In this document: in pieces, positions 13,819-27,590 of the stretch
Position numbering within the stretch: position 1 is the first letter of the stretch
Layout of the letters: every line of letters begins with the position of its first letter
Assembly (NCBI RefSeq): GCF_009914755.1
Contig: NC_060941.1
Length of the DNA stretch: 64,000 bases
Strand: one strand, 5' to 3'
DNA from: the human T2T-CHM13v2.0 reference genome, Homo sapiens
Program-made: the position numbers and the translations under genes
The notes under the pieces: model-generated
Databases searched by the model: none
What the model was told of the DNA's origin: nothing
Seen by the model: the letters and a program-made list of their open reading frames with translations, nothing else

Positions 13819-14616
13819 GTAAATACACATTTAATTTCTATTTCCTGTTTTTTATTTCAATTCTCTCTCAATGAGGAGTGTGTAATGTGACTTAAGACTT
13901 TGAAGAAGGGTGAATTATGTCTTTGTTCCTTCAGTGAACGAAAAAGTAAAAATAATGTCTTTCCGTTGGGCCCTGTTAAAGTATGACTTTTATTAGATAT
14001 TTCCCTGAACAAAGAGTTGAAGTTTCAAAAGATGCATTGTCATAACAGTGTTTATGAAGCTGTAATAATTAATGAATTGTTTAAATCAAATAATGGAAAG
14101 TCTTCTATAAAGATCAAGATTAGGTTGCCATGTCCTTTTAGTGCAATACTGATGAGGCATATTAAATACACCTTTCGGAAAACACATTATAGAAGGGAGC
14201 ATACCTTAAGAAAAGAAATGTATCTTGTTTTTTTGGAAGAAATCATATGGATATCAATTATAAAGGGTGTCAGTATTGTTAATTCATTATTATTGATTCT
14301 TAATTACCATAAAATGATTTACTGACTTTTTAAAACAATAAAGCGTTAATTATCTAAGCCAAATGTAAAATAAAGATTTTTATGTGGCTATAAGGTGCTT
14401 ACAGGATCAATACGAAGAAAAAAAGCCCCCTGAAATTATCTCCAAAAGTTAAACACAACAATGATAAAAAGACTAAACATAACTGAAAAACTAATTATAT
14501 ATGCCTAATTATAAGGTAAATTTTTACCTGTATATTTTAATTTTGTTTTAATAGCATTATTTATATAAGAACTGAAAAATAAGGAAGCATTAATTTAAAT
14601 TAAATAGCTACCAATC

Positions 14617-14871
14617 TTTTTTTTGAGATGGATTCTTGCTCTGTCGAAGTTCCGCCTCCTGGGTTCACGCCATTCTCCTGCCTCAGCCTCCCAAGTAGCT
14701 GGGATTACAGGCGCCTGCCACCATGCCCGGCTAATTTTTTGTACTTTTAGTAGAGATGGCGTTTCACCATGTTAGCCAGGATGGTCTCGATCTCCTGACC
14801 TCGTGATCTGCCTGCCTTGGCCTCCCAAAGTGCTGGGATGACAGGCGTGAGCCACCGCTGGTGCCTGGCTC
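14617..14871 (-). mobile_element. AluY-like element with a ~40-bp internal deletion
   Basis: 17-bp TSD aatagctaccaatcttt; the right arm lacks cccaggctggagtgcagtgg...cactgc. Confidence 0.9.
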
Positions 14872-16712
14872 AATAGCTACCAATCTTTACAGGAGTTTAT
14901 ACTATATTCCACAGTAGTTTCCTCCGATTTGGGGTGGTATTTACCAGTGGGTTAATAGCAATCTTAAGCCATGAGTTATATTACCTTTTACTTAGATTTA
15001 TTGACCAACTTTATAGCATTATTCCTCTTACATAATTAATTTCCAGTCTCTGCATGTACTGTATTTATTTTAAACTGGGAACCCTTATGAGAAGAAAAAG
15101 ACAAATGAAACAGTCATGAGATGAGCATCAAAATTGCTAGATGATGGAAGTCAGAACCCTTTATTCCTTGATATTATAAAATATTAATAATTATATAACA
15201 TGTTTTTAACTTTTAAAGTAATTGAACTATTCAATGCCTATTTTAACCTTTTATTCAGTAAGGTTTTACTATGTTATATGTGTAGAATACAGTACAACGG
15301 GAATTATGAAGAAATTAGGATATTTTCTGTGAGATACTTAATAGTATATTGTGAAATAAAACATGGGGCTAAAAATTATAATTATTGAAATTAGGAAACA
15401 TTCTAATTTATATGCATGTATTTGTTTATAGATGTGTGTGTATGTTTATTTTATCAAGCAGCTACTATTTGCAGTTTTTTGTGTTAATCAGAGCAGGATA
15501 TGGGTGGTTTTGTTACTCTAAAAAGCATTCTGTCTTGTGGATGAATAACACATTTACACAAATTATGTAAAGACATGAACAAAGAGGCCTAAGGAAGGAA
15601 GTAGTGAGTGCTATGAGTATGGTATAAGGAAGGCACAGTGGTTACCACCAGGCTCTGAATACAGACTCAGTGTTCAGGTTCTTGCTTTCATCTTATTAGC
15701 TCTGTAACCTTGAAATAGTTACAAGTTACAAGGAGTTGTTATGAGGATTAAACAAGATCTTGCATGTCAAGCACTTATATTGTAATTAGTGCATAGTATA
15801 TGCTTACTAAATTTTCCTGTTACTAATAATATGGAACCTATAGCTTAGAGTGTAGCTCAGATAATATTCTAGGTCATGTTTATAGAGCAGAAGGAAAGCT
15901 TCCAATTCTTGATTCAATTTTATGTCCTCCCCTTGACCCCAAAAACTAGTATATAATAAGGAATCTGTCACAATATGCAGAAATTAAGAAAAATTTCTTG
16001 GCAAAAGTCAGACATTATCCAAATCTTGAAAAAAGTGGTAAACATCAATTGATAACTGAACACAGGAGATCGTTTCAAGTTAAGGAAGCACCACAAATAA
16101 AAGCATAGAACTAAGGATGAGCTAGATGTCAGATGATTCTAAGAGTCAGGTGTGATTAGAGCAGAGATCTTGTTAACAATGAATAAACTCAGGTAAATTT
16201 ATACCAGTCGCTATAAGAATAGTGGTAGATTTTGTAATAGAAAAATAGGTTAGTGAAAAATATATTTAAGTAAGTTATAGGTAAATATTAAAATACAATT
16301 AAGACGGAACATTTTTCTAGAGTAGAAAGTGCATCAACTCAGTCTCATTTTCTTCTACATAAATGTAGTAGGCAAGATATTTCTGGGGAGTGGAAAAAAG
16401 GCAAAATCACCTCTAAATTATCTCTAGATAACTTATATACATTGTGATTTGCATATTATAAGTACCTAATTATAGATTGTTACAAATCAGAAATTAACCA
16501 TCACTTCTAGATTTCTTCAGTTACCTGATGCTAATACAAAAAATATAAACAAATTTTAATGTTAACCTCAACAAAAGTAAATGTAATTAGATAGTTCTAT
16601 TTCTGTTCTTATCTAAAAATCATCCCAAAGTGTAAAATAGGTTAGAATTTTTAAAATCCACATAATATTTAAATGTTTTAAAAATGATGCTATTATACAG
16701 AAATTTATTTCA

Positions 16713-17130
<418 letters not shown>

Positions 17131-17323
17131 GAATTGTTGCATGAAGAAATACAGTCATTATTTTAACTTTACTAATAGCGCGTAAAGCCTTAATTCCTTT
17201 AGACCAAGTCTTTTGAAACTGAAGCAAAATAGTTATGGGGAAAAATATCCATTCAGAGTTCATGGTATTAAGCAAATTGTATTGATCCTTTCCTTACAAA
17301 ACATTCCTTTTCTTCTGCTGCTA

Positions 17324-17785
<462 letters not shown>

Positions 17786-18139
17786 TTAGAAAAACTCACT
17801 CCCCCAGAAAGGAGCAAATAAAGAGCTTGGAGCTGGGATAGAGAGATGTCATTGGCAGATGAGGAAAACTTCTATGAGGGGCTTTCAGGTAAAGTTACTC
17901 TGAATTGACAAAGTGTGCTGGAGTTATACACAGACCCTCTTAAGGTTTTAACTCAAAAGTAAAGGTCTAAGTTGTCTGGAAAAAACAAGATTTTGTTAAG
18001 CCCTGATTGCATATTGTTAAATGAAGGTTAGTGTAATTTTACATTAAATCTCCTTATAATACAGTGTCTCTGTGTTGATATTAACAATACTGCATAAGTT
18101 TTCACAGTAGTTTTCTATGATATTGTTGATCTTCTAACT

Positions 18140-18420
18140 CCTATGAGGCAGTCTGGTTTATTCCCTCTACTTTATAGATGAGCAAACTGATTATGAAAGA
18201 TGTTGAACACACTTAAGAACATTGGTCTGGAGTCACAAGAGATTAGACTCGTGACATTATAATGTACTAGCTGTGTAACCTAGGCTAATTTCTTTACCTT
18301 TTCCTGCCTTGGTCTTTCATCTTTGGGATGGGAATAATAACACCTATGGTCACTGTGGTCATTTTGAAGATTAATGAGCTTATATAGGTACATAGTTTAC
18401 TGTTTAGATAGAAGTAAGCA
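18140..18420. mobile_element. MIR fragments
   Basis: MIR core motifs ttatagatgagcaaactga and ctagctgtgtaacctaggc. Confidence 0.6.
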
Positions 18421-18859
18421 TAAATAGGAGCTTCTGTTCTTTTCACTGTTAGAGATAGCAAATTTTTATGCTTAGATGTAGGAAAACGTAAGTGAGAACA
18501 CATTCCTCAGTGTGTCAGTGTTGTAGGTGTTCCTGTCTCACCTTCTCTCATTCTCCTCTCTCCCCCTTGCTCTCCCCTCTGCAACTCTTCCAATCACTTA
18601 ACACTTGAAATGAATAATTCAAGCCCAGGTTTAGTCTTTGAGACCATAATCAGGTTCACTTGGGTCCACCTAGTGTTAATGTGCCTTAATTGCAGGCCAA
18701 ACACCAAGCTGGAAGTCATTGACAAGCTTCACATATCCAAACCTTAAAGGATGAAAAATAAAGTTATCTGCTGGTTGGTCTTCCATATCATTCCACTCCA
18801 TGCTATCTTTATACTACACTTTAGGTTTGGCACAGGATTTCTCTTAAGAGAGGAAAAAA

Positions 18860-18985
18860 ATTATATGTATGTATATAAAAAAATTATATGTGTATGTGTG
18901 TATATATATGCATACCCATATATGTATATGTGTATATATGTATATATGTATATGTGTGTGTATATATATACACTATGTATATATT
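18860..18985. repeat. (TA/TG) microsatellite
   Basis: tatatgtgtatatatg repeats. Confidence 0.85.
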
Positions 18986-19991
18986 ATTTTTAATTTCATA
19001 GCCAACAATTAGGTATCATGATTACAAAGGAGATTCACTTACTTTTATCAGAATTGTAAAAATTCTATTTAATACTAAAATCAGTCTTTTTCAAAGTTTA
19101 ATTCCATTTGAAGCTAAAAGTCAGCATCCATTTTTTTATGATCTTGACACCTATAAGCTATATTAAAGATTTTACATAGAATGTTAAGGATGTGTTAAAG
19201 GTTTAGAGGAAGACTATTTATTTTCATATGCACTTCTTATGTTCTTAAGAGAATGCAAATCATTTTGTACTTAGAGACAGATGCTCTGAGAAATTTTAAA
19301 AAATTAAAACACTGCATAAAGATGTGACATTTTCCAAAGATTTTTCTTCTTCCTCTTGTTTCTATGTAGAACTAGTAAAATATCATTTAAAAGTGTATTT
19401 AGAATAGTGGCAATTTAGATAGTAAGATCAATATGAATTACAGGAATTTGTTTTACAAACTTTGGCATATTAAAACGTACAGTATTTCAAGTTCTGGTCT
19501 TTTGTAGCATCTTTTTTATTCATGCACTAAGGACAAAGGCTCATTTAAATAATCAGGGTATATTGAGAAGATGTAGAAAAATGGGTAAGAAGTGTATGAC
19601 TTTTAGCTCTTGCAAATTCATTTATGCTACTTGAAATGTAACCTGTCTTTAAAATAAGAGATAAGATTTTTAGCTCAAAGTACAGAATCTGTATTATACT
19701 TTATGTGCAAACTTGAAATGACTTGCATTTATGGTTTTTTCCAGAGTACTTCCAGAATACACATCACAAAACACTTTTGCCAGTCGAAAAAATACCAACA
19801 TCTTTGAACAAAAAGACTTTTTATCTTTTTAAGGCATTGTGGTGATGTAGTAGTGGTGGGATGTATGTTTGTCTTTTAAGTTAATATATCTGTGGGACTT
19901 CACAATGCATAATTGCCTACTCTTATATCTTAGGACTTAAGTAAAGCCAACTTATATAAAAAATTTAGACTTAAAAAAATTATGAAAACTT

Positions 19992-20300
19992 GCCGGGTGT
20001 GGTGGCTCACTCCTGTAATCCTGGCAGTTTGGGAGGCTGAGGCAGGCAGATCACCTGAGGTCAGGAGTTCAAGACCAGCCTGGCCAACATAGTGAAACCC
20101 TGTCTCTAACTAAATATACAAAAATTAGCCAGGCATGGTGGCATGCACCTGTAGTCCCAGCTACTTGGGAGGCTGAGGCAGGAGAATCACTTGAACCCGG
20201 GAGGCAGACATTGAGCCAAGATCGTGCTACTGCACTCCAGCCTGGGCAACAGAGTGAGACTCTGTCCCCCCTCCAAAAAAAAAAAAGAAAAGAAAAAAAA
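19992..20300 (+). mobile_element. Alu (AluS-like)
   Basis: Dimeric Alu with an A tail; flanking repeat aaaaaattatg. Confidence 0.93.
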
Positions 20301-20440
20301 ATTATGCAAACAAAACTAAAAGCTGCTAACTGATTAGCTAGAATTATTTTTGAACAGCAGGAACTCAGAACATATCCTGTCAAATAAAAATTTCGATTCC
20401 AATTAAGTTCCCAATTAATGTGCACCCTGTTGTCTCTTAG

Positions 20441-20532
20441 ATGTTGCTTCTGCCTGGACTGAAAATTATGGGCTACAAGAAAAGATCTCCCTAAATCCCT
20501 CTGTTCGCTTTAAGGCAGAGAAACTGGAAATG
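20441..20532 (+). CDS. STXBP4: STXBP4 coding exon (probably exon 8)
   Basis: Acceptor tgtctcttAG|AT and donor ATG|GTAAAA; 92 nt. Translates (D)[30 protein letters not shown]. Confidence 0.94.
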
Positions 20533-21369
20533 GTAAAACCTTTAAATTTTCATTTTTCTTCCATAAGACAAAAACAGGAAAGAAGTATTCTCCTTCTTTG
20601 AGAGGATAAAGTACTGGAGTCATTAGTTTCTTGAAGTTACTTATTTACAATTAAATGAATGGCAGTTTGGATTTAAATTATTTAATTCACATTTGAATTT
20701 GGTAGTTCATGGTGGTTCACTAGTACAAAATAGAAATAAAATCTTTCATAACTAAATTGGCATTTGGATCAAATAGTTTTCTCCTCGGAGAATAAGACAA
20801 ATGTGATTTTTACAGTCTAGAATAAATGGAAAGATGTAACAAATTATGGCAAAGTAGACGAGGCTTCATAATGGCAATAAACACAATCAAGTAATAGTCC
20901 ATTATTCAATTTTTTTTAAGTAAAGGGAAACAAAATTTTAAAGAACAAAATAGTCAGATGTCCACTAAATATAGAAAGATGGTGGCAGTATACTAAAGCA
21001 CTGAAAAGTAGTCCTGGGGAAAGTGGAACATTGAGACTCTCATGTAAAAGAAACTTAAGATGATTAAAAAAGAAAAATTAAAGGCAGAAAAGCACTCGAA
21101 AGCATTTATCAGGTTACCAGGGATCTGAAGGGAAAAATAAGCCCCTTTTTTTTTTTTGATGTAAAATGGATATACTGCTGAAAGACCACAAACTCTACCT
21201 TCCAGTCAGTTTTTGAGGATAAAGCATTCTTACATTTTAGGAAGAGTATAAAAATGCATAGCTAAAATAAAGCACACAATCTGTTTATTCCCATATCCAC
21301 ACCTTTGCTTGGTCCTATGATAGTCCTTTCTCATTGCCAATTTGAATCTTATCTAAATTCTAACTCACA

Positions 21370-21860
21370 TAGGGGAGAAAAGTTTTCTCACCCATCGGTA
21401 GATTCATGGCTAAGACACCTATAACAAAAGACAGATTAACGAGAAAATAGCATGCAGATTTATTTAATGTATGTTTTACCTGACATGAGAACCTTCAGAA
21501 ATGAAAACCCAAAGAAACAGGGAAAACTGTATTTTTATGAACAGTCATACAGAAGTGTAATTGGAGCACAAAAGGGTGTAATCTGATGGTAATAAACTGG
21601 GGGGAGCATAGCAAGGCCTGTTTGTTCAGATTCTTAACATCTCTGTGTCTTCAGAGTTGAAGATATTTCCTTTCCTCTAGGTATAGGGAGGTCCTCTCTG
21701 GAATGAGGGTCTTTTAATCTACTTTTAGGGGAGGATCAGCTGGGTTTTATGGCCCACCTCAGGGGAGAAAAGGTGAGAGAAGGTAAGAAAGACCTTCCGG
21801 CTTCTGCTGTTTTCTTGCACACCAAAGTGCCATACTTTGAGGCAGCATGTCCTGGATTTT
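21370..21860 (-). mobile_element. Old ERV1-class (MER4-group-like) solo LTR
   Basis: Motifs ataacaaaagacagattaac and ccaaagtgccatactttg...; subfamily not determined. Confidence 0.55.
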
Positions 21861-24469
21861 GTCATTCAGTTCCATCTCCTTCATTCAGACTTTGCTAACT
21901 ATTATAGTTCGGACCAACATTGCCTTCTTTTGCACGTTAGTAGCACTTACCTTCACTTTTTGGTGCCCTATAATCTTTTCTATATCTTGTTTTATCAATG
22001 AAATTATAAGTGTCTTCACCGCAGACCCTGTAGCACCTATTAGTGTTTAAATAGCTGCTTCGTGCTCCATAAAATTTTCCAATTAATTAGATACTTGAGA
22101 TGTCTCCTTTATACTTTCAAAATCCTGAGTATCTTTTGTAACGTGTGTTTATGTTTGTGGCTAAAATGTAAGTTCTGGCTAACGCTTGGTCTGCAATCAG
22201 TTAATAGTAATATTTTCAAAAATAGAGTGTTTGAAGTTTAAAAGCATGACAATTACATATCTAAAAATGAATAATTATTCAATGATATTGATTTAGTATA
22301 CATTTCTGAACATCCAAGATTTAATACCATTCTTCTGGATAAGGAGAAATTTATCCAGCTAACTGCTTTACCTGACAGACTTTGTTATTTTACTTAGTTT
22401 AAATTTTTCTAGCACATGATATTATTTTTAATCTGATTAATATTCTTTGAGGTATGAAAATCGAAATTTGTATTGATTCTGAGAAATATGAGTTGCTTGG
22501 CCATTAAATCCGAATTCCAGTTTTGGTTCCCCTTTAAGCCTTAACAAATTATTTTTGTGGAAAAGTAAAATGCCAGTTTTACATCAAAGAAACCCACATT
22601 TGATATAAATTCAGCCTCTGCTCTTAATCAAGATAGACTTGTTAATTTTATTTAGTAGAGCATTCTTTTTTTTCAGTTTGAAACTATATTTCTCTTAATA
22701 ACTTTATTCGTGAAATCTACATTAGCATCTATCCACCCAAATTATTTCTTGAGCTACTCTTCTTGTTTTGCATTACTGATGCAATACAACACAAGTAAAA
22801 GCTATTACTTGTTTTGCACATACTGATATTAATGTCATAATATCAGTATCATCTCAGCTTGAAATAGGTCCTTCTCTTTTGGTTGCTACTTTGTAGACAG
22901 ATTCAACTTTGTTGTCCATTACGTTTTAACACATTCCTATTCAGTAATAAATAAGGCCAATGTGATCAGGTATTTAAAATAAAATAAAATAAAATAGTAT
23001 ATTTTTTAATCTTCTATAAACATTACACGTGGCAGCTCGAAAATTGGTGTTTTAATAAAATTTCACAAGGAAAGGATGTTTACTAATTATGAATTTATTA
23101 AGTAATTAGCCTACCCAGTACAATTTTTAAGGAAAGCAGAGAGGTTAGAATTTGATTAAGGAAATTACCTGTCAAGACAATGTCATATATATATATATAC
23201 ACACATACAAACATATATATGTTCAGACATATGTATATATACATGTGGCATTGTCATGAATTCTTTTATATTTTATTGGTTTAAGTAGAGAAATTTATAA
23301 CACTGAACTAGTTATTTCTTAATTCCTTGTCTGTAAAATGGATTTACATTTGCCTCTTTCTGTGAATACTCTGAGAATGATTTAATATACAGATATTTTA
23401 ATGTTATTTCAGCATAGTTATTTGTAGTGATATATTTCTTCAAAGTATGAATAGTATATGTCTCATTTGATCCTAATATTAAACTTATAAATATGCATTA
23501 TAAACTTAGCAAATAGGGATACAATTTATTGCTTGGCTTGAAATCAAAATATCGTACCTCTGCATTATCTGTATATTTATACCTATGGAAGATGCTTTGG
23601 GATATGGATGCCATTTCGCTGATATTTACTTTTACCTCTTGCCATTTCTGTAACGTTTCAAGAAAACTGTAGAGAGCAATGGCATACCCAATGTCTCATT
23701 ATAGTTAATGAAATATTCTTTGTATTAGGCTGAAAGGTGTGTGACTAATATTGTAACAAAGTAATTTTTAAAATTCATCATTCAGACATCAGAAAAACTT
23801 CAGCACATTTATTTGTCTAATTAACAAACTTTTATTTTTGCTTCAGATTAAAAGATGACCTTAGTCATTTAATAAATTATTGGAACCAACTTTTTGTTTT
23901 ACTTTTTTCCCCATACATATTCTGCTTACATATGAGACCTACTTTTTGATAAAACATGTTACTTCCAACTTAAATTTAAGAGCTTACCTAACATGACATG
24001 TGGTATTCTTCTAGTGTGAATTTTACTTTCAACAAAACTGTCATTTATTACTAAGCTTAGCTCTATATCAAAGTACACTGAGTTAATTGCATTGTGTAAT
24101 TTTATTACTTAATGTAAGAATTACCATATATTGAGCACCTTCTGTGATAGACACTTTATTTGCATTATTTTTTTTAATTTTTTTTAAATTTCTTTATATT
24201 AAAATATTAATCATGTACAAGAATGTATGTATTATACACATACAGTTTAAAGAATAATAAAACACACATTTACCCATCACCCAACTTAAGAATCAGAACC
24301 TTTGACATTGCTAATGTATTTCTTCTTGATCATATGTACCTCTCCCCAAAAGAGGGGAAATTTTGAGTTCGTCATTTCTGTATTTTTCAAAAATTTTCAG
24401 TTAATTTAAGTATTGTGGGATCAAAGAGTTTATTTTCTTTTTCTTTTTTTTTTTTTTTTTTTTTTTTTT

Positions 24470-24784
24470 GCAGTTGCAAGATTTAATAGAGCTCCCATAA
24501 CAAAGGGAGGGGACCCAAAGAGGGTAGCCATTGGTGGCTCGAATGCATGAGTTTATATCCCGATCATTGTCCTTCCCGCTGTACTCTCAGGCAATAAATT
24601 ATTGGCTATTTCTTTACCTCCTGTTTTTGCCTAATTAGCATTTTAGTGAGCCCTCTTTACTACCTGATTCGTCGGGTGTGAGATAAGTTGCAAGCCCTGT
24701 GTTTAAAAGTGAATGCGGTCACCTTCCCAGCTAGGCTTAGGGATTCTTAGTCGGCCTAGGAAATCCAGCTAGTCCTGTCTCTCA
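24470..24784 (-). promoter_or_regulatory. 3' LTR17 (U3-R, lacking U5)
   Basis: The minus strand starts TGAGAGACAGGACTAGCTGGATTTCCTAGGCCGACTAAGAATCCC, the LTR17 5' end. It has CCAAT (24601-24605), TATAAA (24552-24557) and an ATTAAA polyA signal (24482-24487), and is preceded by the polypurine tract GAGGGGGGAC (24785-24794). Confidence 0.92.
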
Positions 24785-24842
24785 GTCCCCCCTCTCAACA
24801 GGAAAACCCAAGTGCCATTGAGGAGGTTGGCCGACGACCGCT

Positions 24843-25080
24843 CTAACTGCTTCCTGCTGAACTGGGGTGTAGTAGGGTTTGTGCAGTTGAGATTTCCTCA
24901 GGAGGGGTGCCTTCGATGTCATTAACATCAGAGCATGGGCTAGCAGGCCGGTCCAGGGGTCCGCGGTAGATCTTAGTCATGGACTGCATCAGGTGCTCCA
25001 TTTGAAGAACTATTTATGGTTTTACAGCTTCGATTCTGGAAGAGACAAGCTTAACAAGGAGGTTAAAGATACAGGGATTG
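24843..25080 (-). pseudogene. HERV-W env remnant (TM cytoplasmic tail only)
   Basis: Translates to PCIFNLLVKLVSSRIEAVKP*IVLQMEHLMQSMTKIYRGPLDRPASPCSDVNDIEGTPPEEISTAQTLLHPSSAGSS*, homologous to the syncytin-1/HERV-W Env C-terminus. SU and the ectodomain are deleted. Confidence 0.88.
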
Positions 25081-25099
25081 AAATGTATAGCCTGCAGTG

Positions 25100-27590
25100 C
25101 AGGGGATTATTTCTTTGGCACACTTCACAGTGCACCATTGGTTACCTTTCCATTGGTTAGCTGCAGGCAAAAGTATTTTTCCTTCTTCGGTGGCTAGCCA
25201 TCCTGAGGGGAGGAAACTGTGTCCTCATGAGGTTCCCCATTCTATTTCTTCTTCTGAGTACTGGGGCTTCGTTTCCCGGAGGGCATTACCCCATAGTAGG
25301 GTTCCTTCTATAAGCATTTCTAATGGAGGGTCCTGCCTTGCAGCTCTTTTTGCTTCAATATCTGCTTGGCAGTTCCCTTCTATTTCCCTTTTCTTTCCTT
25401 TCTGATGACCCCAGCAGTGTAAGACTTCCACCTCTTTAGGTTTCTATACTGCCAGTAATAATCTCCTAATGGCTTCCTGATGTGTGATAGGTGTTCCCTC
25501 GGAAGTTAGGAATTCCCTTTCTCTGCATATTGCCTCATGGGCATGGAGGACTAGGTGAGCATACTCAGAGTCTGTATATATATTTACCCTTTTCCTTCTC
25601 CTAATTCTAGTGCCCCAATGAGGGCTATTAGTTCTGCCAGCTAAGCACTAGTTCCTGGAGTGAGGGGATTACTTTCAAATATTCCATTATCACTGACCAC
25701 TGCATACCCCGCTTTTTGAGGTCCTTTTTCTACAAAGGAACTTCCATCAGTATACAAGTTGAGGTCAGGATCAGTCAAGGGAACCTCTAGAAGGTCCCCT
25801 CGAGTGGCATAGGTTTGAGAAATTATTTGTTGACAGTTATATTCTATCTTCATTGTCTGGAAGAAATGTGACTGGGTTAAGAGTTGCACAAGTGCACAGT
25901 TGCAGCACTGGCCTTTCAAGTAATAGAGCCTGATATTTAAGTAAACGGTTGTCTGACAGCCACAAGTCTCCTTTAGCAGTGAGTATGCTGTTCACCTCAT
26001 GAGATGTCCACACAGTAAGATCTCTCCCTGTATTATTTTAACTGCTTCAGATACTACAACTGCTACTGCCACCACTACCCATAAACAATGAGGCCAACCC
26101 TTTGCCACTACATCAGTTTCCTTACTCAGGTATGCCATGGGTTGCAAGCTTGTCCCTTGGACCTGTGTAAGGACTCCCAGAGCTGTTTCTGTTTTTTTCT
26201 GTGATGTATAAAGAAAAGTCTTGCCCCGTTGGCAAGCTTAACACTGGGACTTGGGTTAAGGCCTTCTTTAGGGCCTGGAAAGCCACTTTTGCTTCAGGTA
26301 TCCATCTTACTAAATGGGTATTGGCTTTCTGAGTTTCCTTAATTACTGTATATAATGGCCTGGCTATTTTGCCATACCTGGGAATCCATATTCGGCAGAA
26401 GCCTGTTATGCCAAGGAACTCTCTTAGTTGCTTTAGGGTTTTGAGATGAGGATAAGCCAGTATAGGCTGGATACATTCCTCACTGAGGGCCTTGGTGCCT
26501 TTGGATAATTTTAGTCCTAAGTATTTAACCTGCTGTGAGCAGAGCTGAGCCTTCTCTTTGGAAACCTTGTAGCCACAGGTGGCGAGGAAATTTAAGAGTG
26601 CTTGGGTGGCTTGATGGCACAAGGTTTCTGAACAGGCAGCTAAAAGTAAATCATCCACATACTGAAGGACAAGAGTGTCCAGGTATGATAACTGACTCAA
26701 GTCTTGGGCTAATGCCTGGCCAAATAGATGGGGGCTATCCCTGAACCCTTGGGGTAAAACAGTCCAGGTGAGTTGAGACATTGGGTTCAAAGGATCTTCA
26801 AAGGCAAACAAGAATTGAGAGTCAGGATGTACAGGGATGCAGAAAAAGGCATCCTTAAGGTCCAGGACTGTAAACCACTCTGCTTCCTCTGGTATTTGGG
26901 AAAGCAGAGTATAAGGGTTAGGTACAGCTGGGTATAGAGGGACAACGGCCTCATTGATAATCCTGAGATCTTGCACTAACCTCCACTGTCCACTGGGTTT
27001 CTGTGCTCCTAAAATTGGAGTATTGCAGGGCTGTTGCATGGTTTTACTAGACCTTGGGCTTTTAGGTCCTTAACAATTTTTTTGAGTCCTTGTTGGGCCT
27101 TGGTTCTAAGTGGGTACTGCCTTTAGGGGGAGGGAGGCAGAATCCTTTAGTTTAATTTGAACAGGATGGGCATTCTTTCCTTGTCCATATTGTCCTCCTG
27201 TTGCCCAGACTTCAGGATTAATTCCTTCCTCAAGCACGGGACAACAAACGGGTGTTCCTTCTCCTATGTTCAGGTGTGTAATGGCCCCTGCTTTTGCTAG
27301 AATGTCTCTCCCTAACAAGGGAGTGGGGCTTTCAGGCATAATTAGAAAAGCATGTGAAAAGAGTAAAATTCCCTAGTTACAACTTAGTGGCTGGGAGAAG
27401 TATCTAGTGACTGGCTGTCCTAGGACCCCTCGGATAGTGACAGATCTGGAGGACAGTTGTCCGGGACAGGAGAGTAAGACTGAGAAGGCCACACCAGTGT
27501 CCAGGAGACAGTTAACCTCCTGGCCCTTAATGGTCAAGCATACCCGGGGCTCTGTGAAGGTGATGGCATGGGCTGGCACTTCCCTGGGCA
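25100..27590 (-). pseudogene. HERV-W pro-pol, frameshifted (protease, RT, RNase H, integrase N-terminal remnant)
   Basis: Protease motif LLDTG (ORF 27373-27615). RT motifs LDLKDAFF, LPQGFRDSP and YVDD (ORF 26122-27039). RNase H motif LYTDGSSF (ORF 25641-25919). Integrase remnant CEVCQRNNP near 25105-25130. Confidence 0.93.

Noticed and set aside
23176-23256. Inverted repeats gacaatgtca...tggcattgtc around a TA/CA-rich core as a pre-miRNA or MITE
   Set aside because: The arms are short and imperfect, and the self-complementarity is mostly due to the (TA)n microsatellite.
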